Shown piece by piece: positions 38,807 through 49,982 of a stretch of 64,000 nt of DNA (position 1 is its first letter; every line of letters begins with the position of its first letter). A model generated the notes under the pieces. That model did not search any database and was not told the origin of the DNA. It saw only the letters and a program-made list of their open reading frames with translations. Source of the DNA: Phaeosaccion multiseriatum (Eukaryota; Protista; Ochrophyta, other classes); the NCBI GenBank assembly GCA_965112735.1, contig OZ218958.1:1116001-1180000 (forward strand), given 5' to 3'. The translations under genes were made by a program, and so were the position numbers.

Positions 38807-41800
38807 TCACCCCTACCCTCACCCCTCACCCTCACACCTACCCTCACCCTTCGCCTCCTCCCTCCCCACCCCTAGGGCTGACGGACATGTTTGAGGCAGC
38901 CTTCTCCGCGCTGTCCCAGCGGCGCTACGACCCGGCCACTACAGCCCTTCGACAGTCGAACGCCATGATGGACAGTATCATGGCTCTGAAGCCAAGGAGC
39001 CTCAAGTTCCCTGCGTGCAAGCTGCTCGTCGACGCTAGGTGAGTGAGTTGGTGACACACAGTTAAAAGTACAGGAAGGAAAGGAGGCATACATATACACA
39101 CACGCGCACGCACAAACACACATAAATCTAGAGAGAGAGGCAGACACACATCTACGCAAACACACGCACACAGACATAACGTGTAAGCACGCACGCGCAC
39201 ACACATGCACACACGTACACAGGCACAGATACACGCGCGAGCTCACTTACTCACTCACACACACACATGTATCCCTATCCACTGCCACCCCCCTCCCCCC
39301 CTACCCTCCCATCCACTGCCATCTCTACAGCGACGTGCATCTCGCTATTCGCAAGGAGGCCTATCACGCCGGGCAGGGCAAGGTGGAGAAGTGAGTCAGA
39401 AGGAGGGAGGGAGAGAGGGAGGGAGCGAGAGAGAGAAGGAGAGAGGGAGGGAAGAAGAGAGAGAGAGAGAGGGAGGGAGGAAGGAAAGAAGGGAGGGAGG
39501 GAGGGAGCGAGCGAGCGAGAGGGGGAGAGAGAGGAAGGAAGGGAGGGAAGGAGGGAGGAGACAGCCCTTGGTGGAGGGAGGGAAGACTTCTCTTTCATGG
39601 ATAGGCAACACTCGGTTGAGACCTGTTGCCTCCCCTTCCCTCCCTTTCTCTTCCCTTTCCCTCCCTTTCACTTGAGGATCTGTGTTGATGGGTTGTAGGC
39701 ACTCATCCATCCACTGCCATCTTCCCTCCGTCCCATCCGTCCTCCACCCTCTGTCCCTCTACACCTCTCCTCTCTTCCGTCCACCCTCTATCCTCTCCGC
39801 TCCATTCTCCACCCTCCACCCGTCCTCTCCACCCTTTGCTGCCATCTGCCTGCCCCACTCCTCCCTCCCTCCCTCCCTCCCTCCCTCCCTCCCTCCCTCC
39901 CTGCCCTGTGCCCACGGCCATATCCATCCTGACCCTGCATCTACCCTCTGCTGCCATCCCTCAGAGCACTGGAGCTCCTCGCTGATGCCAAGTACGCAGA
40001 CGCCATGAGTCATGCCCGAGCGGCACAGGACTCCTTTCGATGGTGGGCGCAGGAGGAAAAGGTCGACGACTGGGAGATCACCACAGGCATTCAGGTGGGT
40101 GGGGGGTATGGTATAGAGAGCGGGTAGACGGGAGGCATATGGGCATATGGGCAGTGTGTGTGCGCGTGCGTATGTGATAAGTCTATCGCTGTCCTCTCCC
40201 TCTCCCTCTCCGTCTCGCGCTCATTCGAGTGAGTGAGCCAGCGCTGCCTCTGCCCTCTCCTCTCTATCCCCTTCTTACCATCCCCCCCTCCCCCTCGTTG
40301 TCCCTGTACCACGCCACTTCTGCTGCCATCTGCCATCTGTGAACACATGTGTATGCGTAACGTGGGCGTCTCACACCCCTCGTGCGCGCAGGCTCTAATC
40401 GAGAAGGTGGCACGTGTAACTGCCGAGAGTGAGGGCGAGCAGCTGCTGGCAGATGCCGAGGCCCTACGAAAGGAAGGACAGGTGAGGCGGAGGGAGGCGT
40501 GGGGGAGGAGGAGCGCCAGAAGCTACGCCTGGCTTGCTGGCTTGCTTGGTACAGATGGCTAGCATTGTAGGCAGGCAGGCAGGCACGCAGGCAGGCAGGC
40601 AGGCCGGCAGGCATATGGGCAGGCCGATGGGCGGACCAACGGGCAGACAGATGGGGCAAGCGTATGGAGCAGACAGGCTTGGAGAAGCGACTGCGATATA
40701 AGTACAGGACCTGACAGCAAGAACCTTCTTTCCCTCCCTCCCTCCCTCCCTCCCTCGCCTCCCTCGGGGTCCTTTGCTCTTTGAATCTGTGTGTAACTCT
40801 ACGTATGCGTGCACCGGTCCCGTGCGTGTGATTTATTTGATTTGTGATTTGTGATGTCCTATCTCTGACCTCAGTACGAGCAAGCCATGGTTTTACTCAT
40901 GGGCTCAGTGGAGCTCTTTGGTCAGGCAGGAGATACCCACAAGGTGAGCGCGCTGGTGATACAGAGGGAGGAAGGATGAAAGGGCGGATGGAAGGGAGGG
41001 AGAGGAGGAGGGGGGGGGTGGGGGGGGGGAGGGAAGGGGAGAGGGAGGAAGGGAGACAAAAACCAATCAGTCCAACAAGCAACCAACCAAACAACCAAAC
41101 AACCAACGAAAATCCACATCAAATGGCGAAAACTACGCCCTAAACGAACCACCAACAGGTGGAGGAGGCCCGGGAGCGCATGGTAGAGACGGAGGGCGAG
41201 GCTCTAGGCGAGGCGGCAGAGTTTCTGTTTGAGCAAGGGAGGCTGGATGAGTGTTTGGTCAAGGTGAGGAGGGGGGCGTTGCTGGCTTACGGGAATCAAC
41301 CAAAGAATTACATATGAGTGTGCGTGGGTGCGGTCGGCGGAGAAGGGGGGTAGATGCAAATGGCGACTGTTCGGGGAACCCCCTGCTTGAGCTCTTGTTT
41401 GACCACTGCTCGACCAGTGATTGAAATTGAAATTGAAACCTAAGTCTTTGACCACTAACTGCTTGACCACCAACTGCTTGGGCGTTTCAAGGTGCGTTCC
41501 GCCGAAACGGTATACACAGATGGAGAGCTGAGCGACAAGACGCTACTTGAAGCGTGCCGCTTCTTCGCAGCCAGGTGAGAGGGGGAGGGGGTGGGGCAGG
41601 AACAGGGGCAGTAGCAGGGGCAGGGGCAAGGTGGGAAGGAGGTGAAGGAGGAGGGGGGAGGGGGGCATACGCACGTACGTAGTACTACGTATTACTATTA
41701 CAATGAGGGCCACGCGCTTCTTTCCAATGACGATCGTTACAGTGGAGAGGACGCTCTCTACTTCTCACTCACTCACTCACTCACTCACTCACTCACTTAC

Positions 41801-44505
41801 TCATTCACTCACTCACTCACTCACTCACTCACACTCACTCACACTCACTCACTCACTCACTCACTCACTCACTCACTCACTCACTCACTCACTCACTCAC
41901 TCACTCACTCACTCACTCACTCACTCACTCACTTACTCACTCACTCACTCACTCACTCACTCACTCACTCACTCACTCACTCACTCACTCACTCACTCAC
42001 TCACTCACTCACTCACTCACTCACTCACTCACTCACTCACTCACTCACTCACTCACTCACTCACTCACTCACTTACTTACTCGCTCACTCACTCACTCAC
42101 TCACTCACTCACTCACTCACTCGCTCACTCACTTACTCACTCACTCACTCACTCACTCACTCACTCACTCACTCACTCACTCACTCACTCACTCACTCAC
42201 TCACTCACTCACTCACTCACCCACTCACTCACTCACTCCCTCCCTCACTCACTTACTCACTCACTCACTCATTCACTGACTTATTCACTCACTCACTCAC
42301 TCACTCACTCACTCATCACTCACTCACTCACTCACTCACTCACTCACCACACCCCCACACCCCCACACGTACCACCCCCCCCCACACACACATACCCACA
42401 CACACACATCTGCACCCACGCACACACGCACGCACAAACACATACACGCCCACCCCCACACACACACGCACGCACGCACGCACACACACACACACATACC
42501 CACACGCATACACACACACACGCGCACGCACGCACGCACGCACAGGGTGGAGGGCGACATCATAATGAAAGGCGTTCCTTCCGCCCTCGAGCAACGCCGT
42601 TACGCCCACGCCAAAGAGCTGATGGAGAGTGCCTCTCGAGCCTACGCCGCCACCGGCCCCCAGGGGGGCAGGTGGAGCACCGCGTTGGAGGGCATCGCTG
42701 AGACACTGCAAAAGGTGGCGTGGGATGATGGAGAGAGGCTCAAGACAGCAGCCACCATGGCCATTGTGAAGGTGTGTGTGTTGTGTCGTGTATCAGTATG
42801 TGTTGTGTGCGTGTGTAGTATGTGTGTGTATGTGTGTGTGTGAGTGTGTGTGTGTGGGTGTCTGTGTGGGTGTGTGTGTCTGTGTGTGTCTGTGTGTGTG
42901 TCAGCATTGCGACGTACGATCGCTCGGTGTCGTACACGAGCCTTAGAGGGAAAGTAGCACTGGTATTGACTCCTCCCTCCCTCCCTCCCTCCCTCCCTCC
43001 CTCCTTCCCTCCCTCCCTCCCTCCCTCGCAGGAGAAGAACGTCGTCAAGTGCAAGGAGCTTCTTGCCCAGGCAGAAGAAAGCTACGCATGGGCCGGTGTA
43101 GACTCCACCTCCACAGGGGTTGCTGGTGTCAAGAAAGACATTATGGTATTTGAGGCCAAGCTGACGGGCGACAGTGTGTGCGAGGCGGTGGCTGCTCAGC
43201 TGAGGTGTCGTGCCACGAACCAGGCCCTTGAGCTGCTTTCCAAGGGGCTGGAGTGCTATCGCTCGGGAGACGCATTTAAGCTGATCAATGATTGCCAGTC
43301 CGTGAAGTTCGCAGTGGAGGCAGAGAGAGTACTTCTGGAGGGAGAACAAGAAGAAGAGGAGCAAGGAGAAGAGAGCAACGATGCCTACGACGACGACCAT
43401 GACGACGACGACGTGGATGACCAACATCTCCACCTGAGCAAGATGAACAAGACAAGCCTGCTGTATGCCCTCCTCGCCGCCAAGCCGGAGCTTGCTGTTC
43501 AGCTCCTGGACGCTGCCCGACCTGTGCTGGAGATGGCATCGGGTCTGACCTCGGGTACCCTCCTCTCCTCCAGTCAAGTCCTATCTCGCCGTTACACCAG
43601 CCTCAAGCTTCTGCTGACCTTCTGCAGACAGTGGGTTGCTCTTGTCACGCCGTCCGACGAGCAGCAGGAGGAGAGGGAGGGCAGCAGCAACAGTAGCAGC
43701 AGTAACGACCTGACCAACAACAACGCTGCCCCTAACACCTCTACACCTCAGCCTTTGGAGCTCCTGCGGCAGAGTTGGAAGGCGCATCAAGAGCTTGAGG
43801 CGTGGGAGTCCATCATTCATATGCACGTCAAGGAGGAGGAGGGGGTGGTACAGCAGTTGGTGATAAAGCAGCCGCTCGTGGAGGCGTTTCAGAAGGTGGC
43901 GGATGCGCTGGGGGAAGGGCGAACCCCGGAGTCCGTTTTCCCACCCGACCCTGCGGAGAAGGAGGAGGAGGAGGAGGAGGAGGAGGAGGAGGGGGAGGAG
44001 GAGGAGGAGGAGGAGGAGAAGGAGAAGGAGAAGGAGAAGGAGAAGGAGGAGGAGGAGGAGGAGGAGGAGGAGGAGGAGGAGGAGGTGGCTGAGCCAATGC
44101 CAGTGCCTACCCCAGAGCAGGTCGAGGAGCCTACCCCAGAGCAGGTCGAGGAGCCGGTGGTGCCAGAACCGAAACCGGAAGAAATGGCGGGCGTGGAAAT
44201 TGAGACACCGGAGTCCAAAGCCCCACAGGATGGTGATGGTGATACGACAGTTGGTGGTACAGCGGTTGGTGGTACAGCAGAAGTGCTCATACTAGACCAC
44301 TGCGACGAGGCCTCTGCTGCTGTATCACCAACTGCTGCTACTGCTACTGCTACTGCTGCGCTAGACATCGCTGACGCCGAAGCAAGCGAGGAGGAGGAGG
44401 AGGTGGAAGGAGAAGGGGAAGGGGAAGGATACAATAGCAGTTGGTCAGGGGCATACACTACGGGCAGTGAGGTGAGGCGCGAGTATAGCGAACGAGCCGC
44501 ACGCA

Positions 44506-44565
<60 letters not shown>

Positions 44566-46387
44566 CATACACACACACAGATGGCCCCACGTGTGGTCGA
44601 GAAAGCTCCTTTGCATGATACTGCTTCCTTTACCTCCTTCTACTCAACTCCATGCGCCACTCACTCTCTCTTCTCACTCACTCATTCACTCACTCGCTCA
44701 CTCACTCACTCACTCACTCACTCACTCACTCACTCACTCACTCACTCACTCACTCACTCACTCACTCACTCACTCACTCATTCACTCACTCACTCACTCA
44801 CTCACTCATTTATCTTCCCCACTGGCTCCTGCCCATCCCATCTGCCAAACTGTGGTCTTCCTTCGCTCGCATCACTCTCCTCTCCCTCCTACTCCACGAT
44901 ATTCCGTATCTTCCTACCTACCATCTACCTACCTCCTTCTTCCCTCCCTCCCTCCTACCTACCTACCTACCTACCTACCTATCTACTTATCTACCTACCC
45001 ATCTACCTACCTACCTACCTACCTACCTACCTACCTACCTACCTACCTACCTACCTACCTACCTACCTACCTACCTACCTACCTACCTACCTACCTACCT
45101 ACCTACCCACCTACCTACCTACCTACCTACCTACCTATCTACCTACCTATCTACCTACCTCCCTACCTCCCTCCCTACCTACCTACCTACCTACCTACCC
45201 ACCTACCTACCTATCTATCCACCCACCCACCCACCCACCTGCACACCTGCCTACCTGCCTACAGACGGGCTACAGCAGGCCAGCCACGGCGGACATTTGC
45301 TTAAAGCCCGAGGCTCAGCTTGAGTTGCACAGCGAAGGAGGAGGAGGCGCTAGTGGAGGTTCAGTGGGGGCGTTGTCAGCTACAAGTACTTCGGTGCGCT
45401 CGGGTGCGGAGGCTTTAAACGCGTTCAACCCCATGGCCTCGCTTGTACACGAGCTTGAGCTTGACGACTACGCGGTTGCTGGTGTATCAGCAACTGCCGA
45501 GGTTACTGCTGAGGACGCGAACACGCCTGTGCTGGGGACAAGCGCCACCACCGTAGATACCGGCTATGGAACGACCTCCTTCGAGCTCGAGGAGCCATCG
45601 CAGGTGGGGGCGGGGCAGGAGAATAAAGATGGAGCGGAAGGAGGAGGTATCGTGGTTGCAGAGGCAGCGGCTATTGTTGCTTCTTCCAACGGTGGTGGTG
45701 GTGGTGGTGGTGGTGGTGGAGGAGGAGAAGGAGAAGGAGGCGATGGCAGTGGAAGGGAAGAAGGGGGTCTTGCGGAGGGGAGCTCACGCGTGTATGCTCC
45801 AGACTTCGAGACGTCGGTGGAGAAAGAGGAGAAGAAGGAGGAGACGGAGGAGAAGGGAGGTGAGGAGAAGCTGAAAAAGAACATGGACGAGGACGAGGAT
45901 GGCACAATGGAGGCGATGGCAGCCACCGGTGATGGCGATGAAGAGGAAGAAGGCGATGACATGGAGCTGTACGACGGAGACTTTGACGACCAAGACGACG
46001 ACGACGGGGAGGAGGAGGAGGAGGAGAAGGAGGAGCAGGAGCAGAATCAGAAGGAGGAGGAGGATGACGAAGGGTTGCTAGCTTCATCTACACCCTCTGC
46101 TTCTCCTGCTCCGACTGGTGATACGGGTGCGGCTGCTACTACTAGTGCCACCTCCAGTGCTGCTGTTGAGCCAGCTGCCTCCGTAGATGACCATCTGTGC
46201 GCGAGCGCGGAGTTCGAGGAGGCATCGGGAGACGCACAGGAAGAGGCGCCGGGTCAGGAGGGGGGAGAGGAGACGGCTTCGACAACAGCCGGACTGACAG
46301 CTCTGGCCGCTGGAGGAAGCGATAGCACAGCGGAGGAGGAGGCGAACAGAGGGAAGGACGGACCCCAAGAAGGAGCAGCTCCACCAC

Positions 46388-46419
<32 letters not shown>

Positions 46420-46945
46420 CCAGAAGCGGCATCAGCAGCAGTTCCAGAAGCAGCGGAGGAGAATCCTGCCGACATAATGAAGTGCGAGACGGCGGAGGAG
46501 GAGGCAGACATGGCCAAGACCATGGGCTTCATGCAGAAGAGGCTCCTCGCCAAGAAGAAGGCCGCAAAGGCAGCCGAAGAAGCAGCAGCTGCTACTGCTG
46601 CTACTGCGGCATCACCAACTGCTGAGATGACGGCTGTCACACCTCTTCCTGCTACTGCTACTAGTCCTACAACTTGCACTGCTGATGGTAGTGCTGCGGT
46701 TGAGCAAGGGGCATCTGTAGACGACGACGACGACGATCTGTACGCCAGCGCGGAGTTCGAGGAGGCATCGGGAGATACAGCAGAGGAGGAGGTGCCGGGT
46801 CACCATAGGGGAGAGGAGACGGCTGCAACAGCAGTGGTGCCGACAGCAGGGGTGCCGACAGCTTTGGTAGCTGGAGGAAGCGACGGTGTAGCGGAGCAGG
46901 AGGAGGAGACGGAGGGGGGCAAAGATGAGCGGCCAGAAGGAGAAG

Positions 46946-46989
<44 letters not shown>

Positions 46990-47415
46990 CCAGAAGCGGC
47001 GGAGGAGAATCCTGCCGACATAATGAAGTGCGAGACGGCGGAGGAGGAGGCAGACATGGCCAAGACCATGGGCTTCATGCAGAAGAGGCTCCTCGCCAAG
47101 AAGAAGGCCGCAAAGGCAGCCGAAGAAGCAGCAGCTGCTACTGCTGCTGCTTCTGCGCCATCTGCTTCTGATCCGACTGCTACCACTACTCCTACTGCTC
47201 CTACTACTACTACTCCTACTACTACTCCAACTGCTCCTTTTCCTCCAACTGCGACTAGTGGTGCTGCGGTCGAGCATGTTGCCTCTGTAGATGACGATCT
47301 GTACGCCAGCGCGGAGTTCGAGGAGGTATCGGGAGATACAGCAGAGGAGGAGGCGCCGGGTCAGGAGGGGGAAAGCAATACGGCTTCGATAGCAGCGGCG
47401 GAGGAAGAGAACGGC

Positions 47416-47481
<66 letters not shown>

Positions 47482-48039
47482 CCAGAAGCGGCGGAGGAGA
47501 ACCCTGCTGACATAATGAAGTGCGAGACGGCGGAGGAGGAGGCAGACATGGCCAAGACCATGGGCTTCATGCAGAAGAGGCTCCTCGCCAAGAAGAAGGC
47601 CGCAAAGGCAGCCGAGGAGGCTGCTGCTGCTGCTGCTGCTACAGCTGTATCACCAGCTGCTGAGGTGACGGCTGCGGCAGACCAGGGTGAGGCGCAGCAG
47701 GGAGAGGCAGGGGGCTCATCACAACCTCTGTCAATGGCTTCCGATGCCGGCATCATGCCATCAGCGACAGTTGGTGATACGGCGGCAGCAGAAGGCACGG
47801 ACAGTGCCGGCATTGAAAGTCGATTCTCCGCCATTCTTCAAGACACAACCTCGACTTTCGCATCAGGCGACACTTCGGTCGTAGCAGACAAGAGCGACAT
47901 GTCCTTGAAGAGCGACGCAGCTGCGGCGGCTGTATCACCAACTGCTGCGGTGGCGGGCATAGATACGACGGTGGACGTGGGTGCGCTCGAGGCCCGCTTC
48001 AAGGCCATGCTCTCAGGGGCCGAGGAGGCGGGAGGGTGA
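26684..48039 (+). CDS. Very large (~3,090 aa) uncharacterised protein, alpha-helical/TPR-like repeats plus an acidic low-complexity C-terminus; 28 exons: 26684-26928, 27293-27444, 27950-28326, 28555-28749, 28927-29086, 29248-29335, 29853-29948, 30281-30794, 31355-31668, 32198-32884, 33629-33806, 34047-34099, 34372-34462, 35212-35287, 35674-35778, 35977-36071, 36421-36525, 36985-37473, 37647-37815, 38876-39038, 39331-39390, 39965-40094, 40392-40481, 41159-41263, 41492-41574, 42546-42771, 43032-44471, 45265-48039
   Basis: All 27 GT-AG introns join in phase into one open frame of 9261 nt. Helix-pair motifs recur (RRDFDG, RKDFDAA, KRDYDQA, ARDFDGA, RRYDPA; A..CF.WA). No family recognised. Confidence 0.75.
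31060..31330. repeat. (CCCT)n microsatellite at an intron 3' end
   Basis: Directly visible. Confidence 0.95.
33180..33612. repeat. (CCCTCA)n hexamer array (telomere-variant-like) at an intron 3' end
   Basis: Directly visible; the last unit is CCCTAA, giving CTAAC about 15-20 nt before the acceptor at 33628. Confidence 0.95.
33816..33950. repeat. 33-bp minisatellite, 4 copies, at an intron 5' end
   Basis: Unit CTCTATTGGGTA(T/G)GAGTGGGAGGGAGTGTCTGT, which translates as repeated LSLLG(M/R)SGREC. Confidence 0.85.
34492..35209. repeat. Perfect (CACT)n array of ~720 bp filling nearly all of intron 34463-35211
   Basis: Directly visible and uninterrupted. Confidence 0.97.
38228..38850. repeat. (CCCTCA)n hexamer array at an intron 3' end, preceded by (GTGAGT)n at 37965-38040
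   Basis: Directly visible. Confidence 0.95.
41764..42346. repeat. (CACT)n intronic microsatellite
   Basis: Directly visible, with a few variant units. Confidence 0.95.
44955..45215. repeat. (CCTA)n intronic microsatellite at an intron 3' end
   Basis: Directly visible. Confidence 0.95.
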
Positions 48040-48421
48040 GGGAGCCTTGCAATATAAGGCAAACCAAGGGGTAGGGTTAGGGGTAATACAGTAAGTAGCA
48101 TTATAGGCAGGTAGATAAATCACTACGATTACATACATATATGTATATTATATATATGTATAATATATGTATAATATATAATATGAAAAAAAAACTGATG
48201 TTCGAATCTAGACTTTCATCCATCAAAAGTACCATTGGAGTGTGACGTTGTTTCGTCAGCGAGCTCGACCAGTGCTCTGCTTCGTACCCCTCCTCCCCCT
48301 ACCCGGTCCTGCCGAGGAGACATCCTATACAAATCCCGCTAGCACCCCTTCTGGTCGGTTTCAAAGGGCCGAGCAGGCTGAAGGACGTACCGCCACGTAC
48401 TCCACATCCAACTCCTAGTAA

Positions 48422-49230
48422 GTCAATAAACACCCTCCCCCAGCCCCCCCCCACCGCCGTCTCTGTTCTTCTGCTTCGTCCCGTGGCTCTTGAAGAAGCC
48501 TTTGGCGACGCTGGTGACCTCCGGATTCTTGAGAAAGTCTTGGATGACTTGGATGGCTTCCTCATCCCAACCCTAACCCTAACCCTCAAGCCTTGAGCGA
48601 TTGGACACCCTGTGCGTCCGGCCTTCCACTTGTCTCTATGTTCGATTGGACAAAGAGAGGTATCCACTTTTCGGTCAACTCTTCCCCTTCCGTCTCGAGC
48701 CACGCTTTATCGGCCTTAGTCAGACAGGCGGCGGCCATAATCAATAATCAGATAATCACGTCCAGGGCCGATCCGCTTCAATGTCGCTTCCCTTCTTGCT
48801 TGGTGGTGGAGCTCGACTTGGCGGGACGCGACAACAGCAATCTGCTCGCTGCCGGGGGGGCTACTTCCGTGGTAGACGCGGATGATGCTAGTAGTGCTCG
48901 TACCGGTTCCGTGTTCAGCAACGGCGGCAAAGACGGAATAACTCCTCTGCGACCGGGCCCACTTGTTACATTCTTTCCGAACTCACGCGCAGGATCTCCC
49001 ATCGCTCGGGTCCTCCTTTCACCTTTCACCTTTCACCACGTTCATACGCTTTCTGCAGCTGGTGGTGATACATAACCCGTGAGGCTTCTGGAACAGCGTC
49101 CGTGGGAGGTGGGAAAGGAATCGGGAAAGCTCCCCCCGTGTCCAGAATACCGCCCGCCGTACGTTCGTGCGTATCGTCGAGGTGACCGTAGTATGGACGA
49201 GACGAGAAAGTAACGGTCGCCATCCATGAG
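48422..49230 (-). pseudogene. Decayed protein-coding relic interrupted by a telomeric-repeat insertion and short slippage duplications
   Basis: The minus strand reads MAAACLTKADKAWLETEGEELTEKWIPLFVQSNIETSGRPDAQGVQSLKA and, once 48570-48588 is deleted, continues in frame as WDEEAIQVIQDFLKNPEVTSVAKGFFKSHGTKQKNR. Triplicated GATTAT (~48736-48757) and CTTTCAC (~49016-49036) lie upstream. Origin not recognised; boundaries approximate. Confidence 0.4.
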
Positions 49231-49982
49231 GGCAAGAGAGTAGCGAGAGCACACCTGCTTCTTCCTCAAAGCACGCACCAGCAGCAGCAGAGGGGGGGAG
49301 AGGGAGGAGGGAAAATACAAGAACAGCTTTGAATGGAAAAAAAATAAATTGCTGGTTCGTTCAATCGTTCGGCTATGGCTCCTCTACAATGGGAAGAAGG
49401 GTGCCTCTCTCTTCACATACCTATGGAAGGTTTCTTATTTTTATTATTATTGCTCATCCATAATCAGCAAATGTGAGAATTATGATCCGACGACAACGAC
49501 GCCATCTGTAATTAGATTACTGGTTTTGCCGCCGGAAATTCTCGGCCTTCTCTGAGCGTCCCGCGGCCTGCTTCACTCACGCGAGCAGGCAAGAGCTCTA
49601 GCAGAGCTCTAGCAGGTAAGAGGAGATGCCTCTGAGCCAGCAGGGGGAGGGGAGTAGGCACGAGGCTGCTGTGCTCAGCCCACCAAAGAGAGTGGAGAAG
49701 CTCACAAAAAAAAACAAAGTGCCACAAGGCCCTTTCGCTTGCGCGACGAATCGCCCCCCCCCCCTCTCCTGCCTGTGCTCACGTGCTTCGATGCCTCCTC
49801 TCACCCCTCTGTGACTCCCTCGCTGCCCTCCTCTCGCAGCGAGACCACGCTTTCTTCCTCCCTTCCGTCGCCTTTGCGTGCCACTCGCTTGACTTTCTCA
49901 ACTCGCTCACACCACCCTTCAACCTCGAATCTCTCCACCAGGCCCTTGCTGCGCTACTACAAAGCACCCCATCCTACGCAGT

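Noticed and set aside
26684-48039. Introner-type repeated intron family or non-canonical splice sites
   Set aside because: All introns in this gene could be modelled as GT-AG and share no extended sequence similarity beyond simple repeats.
48066-48086. GGGGTAGGGTTAGGGG just after the giant gene's stop
   Set aside because: Only one exact TTAGGG unit; too short to call telomeric.
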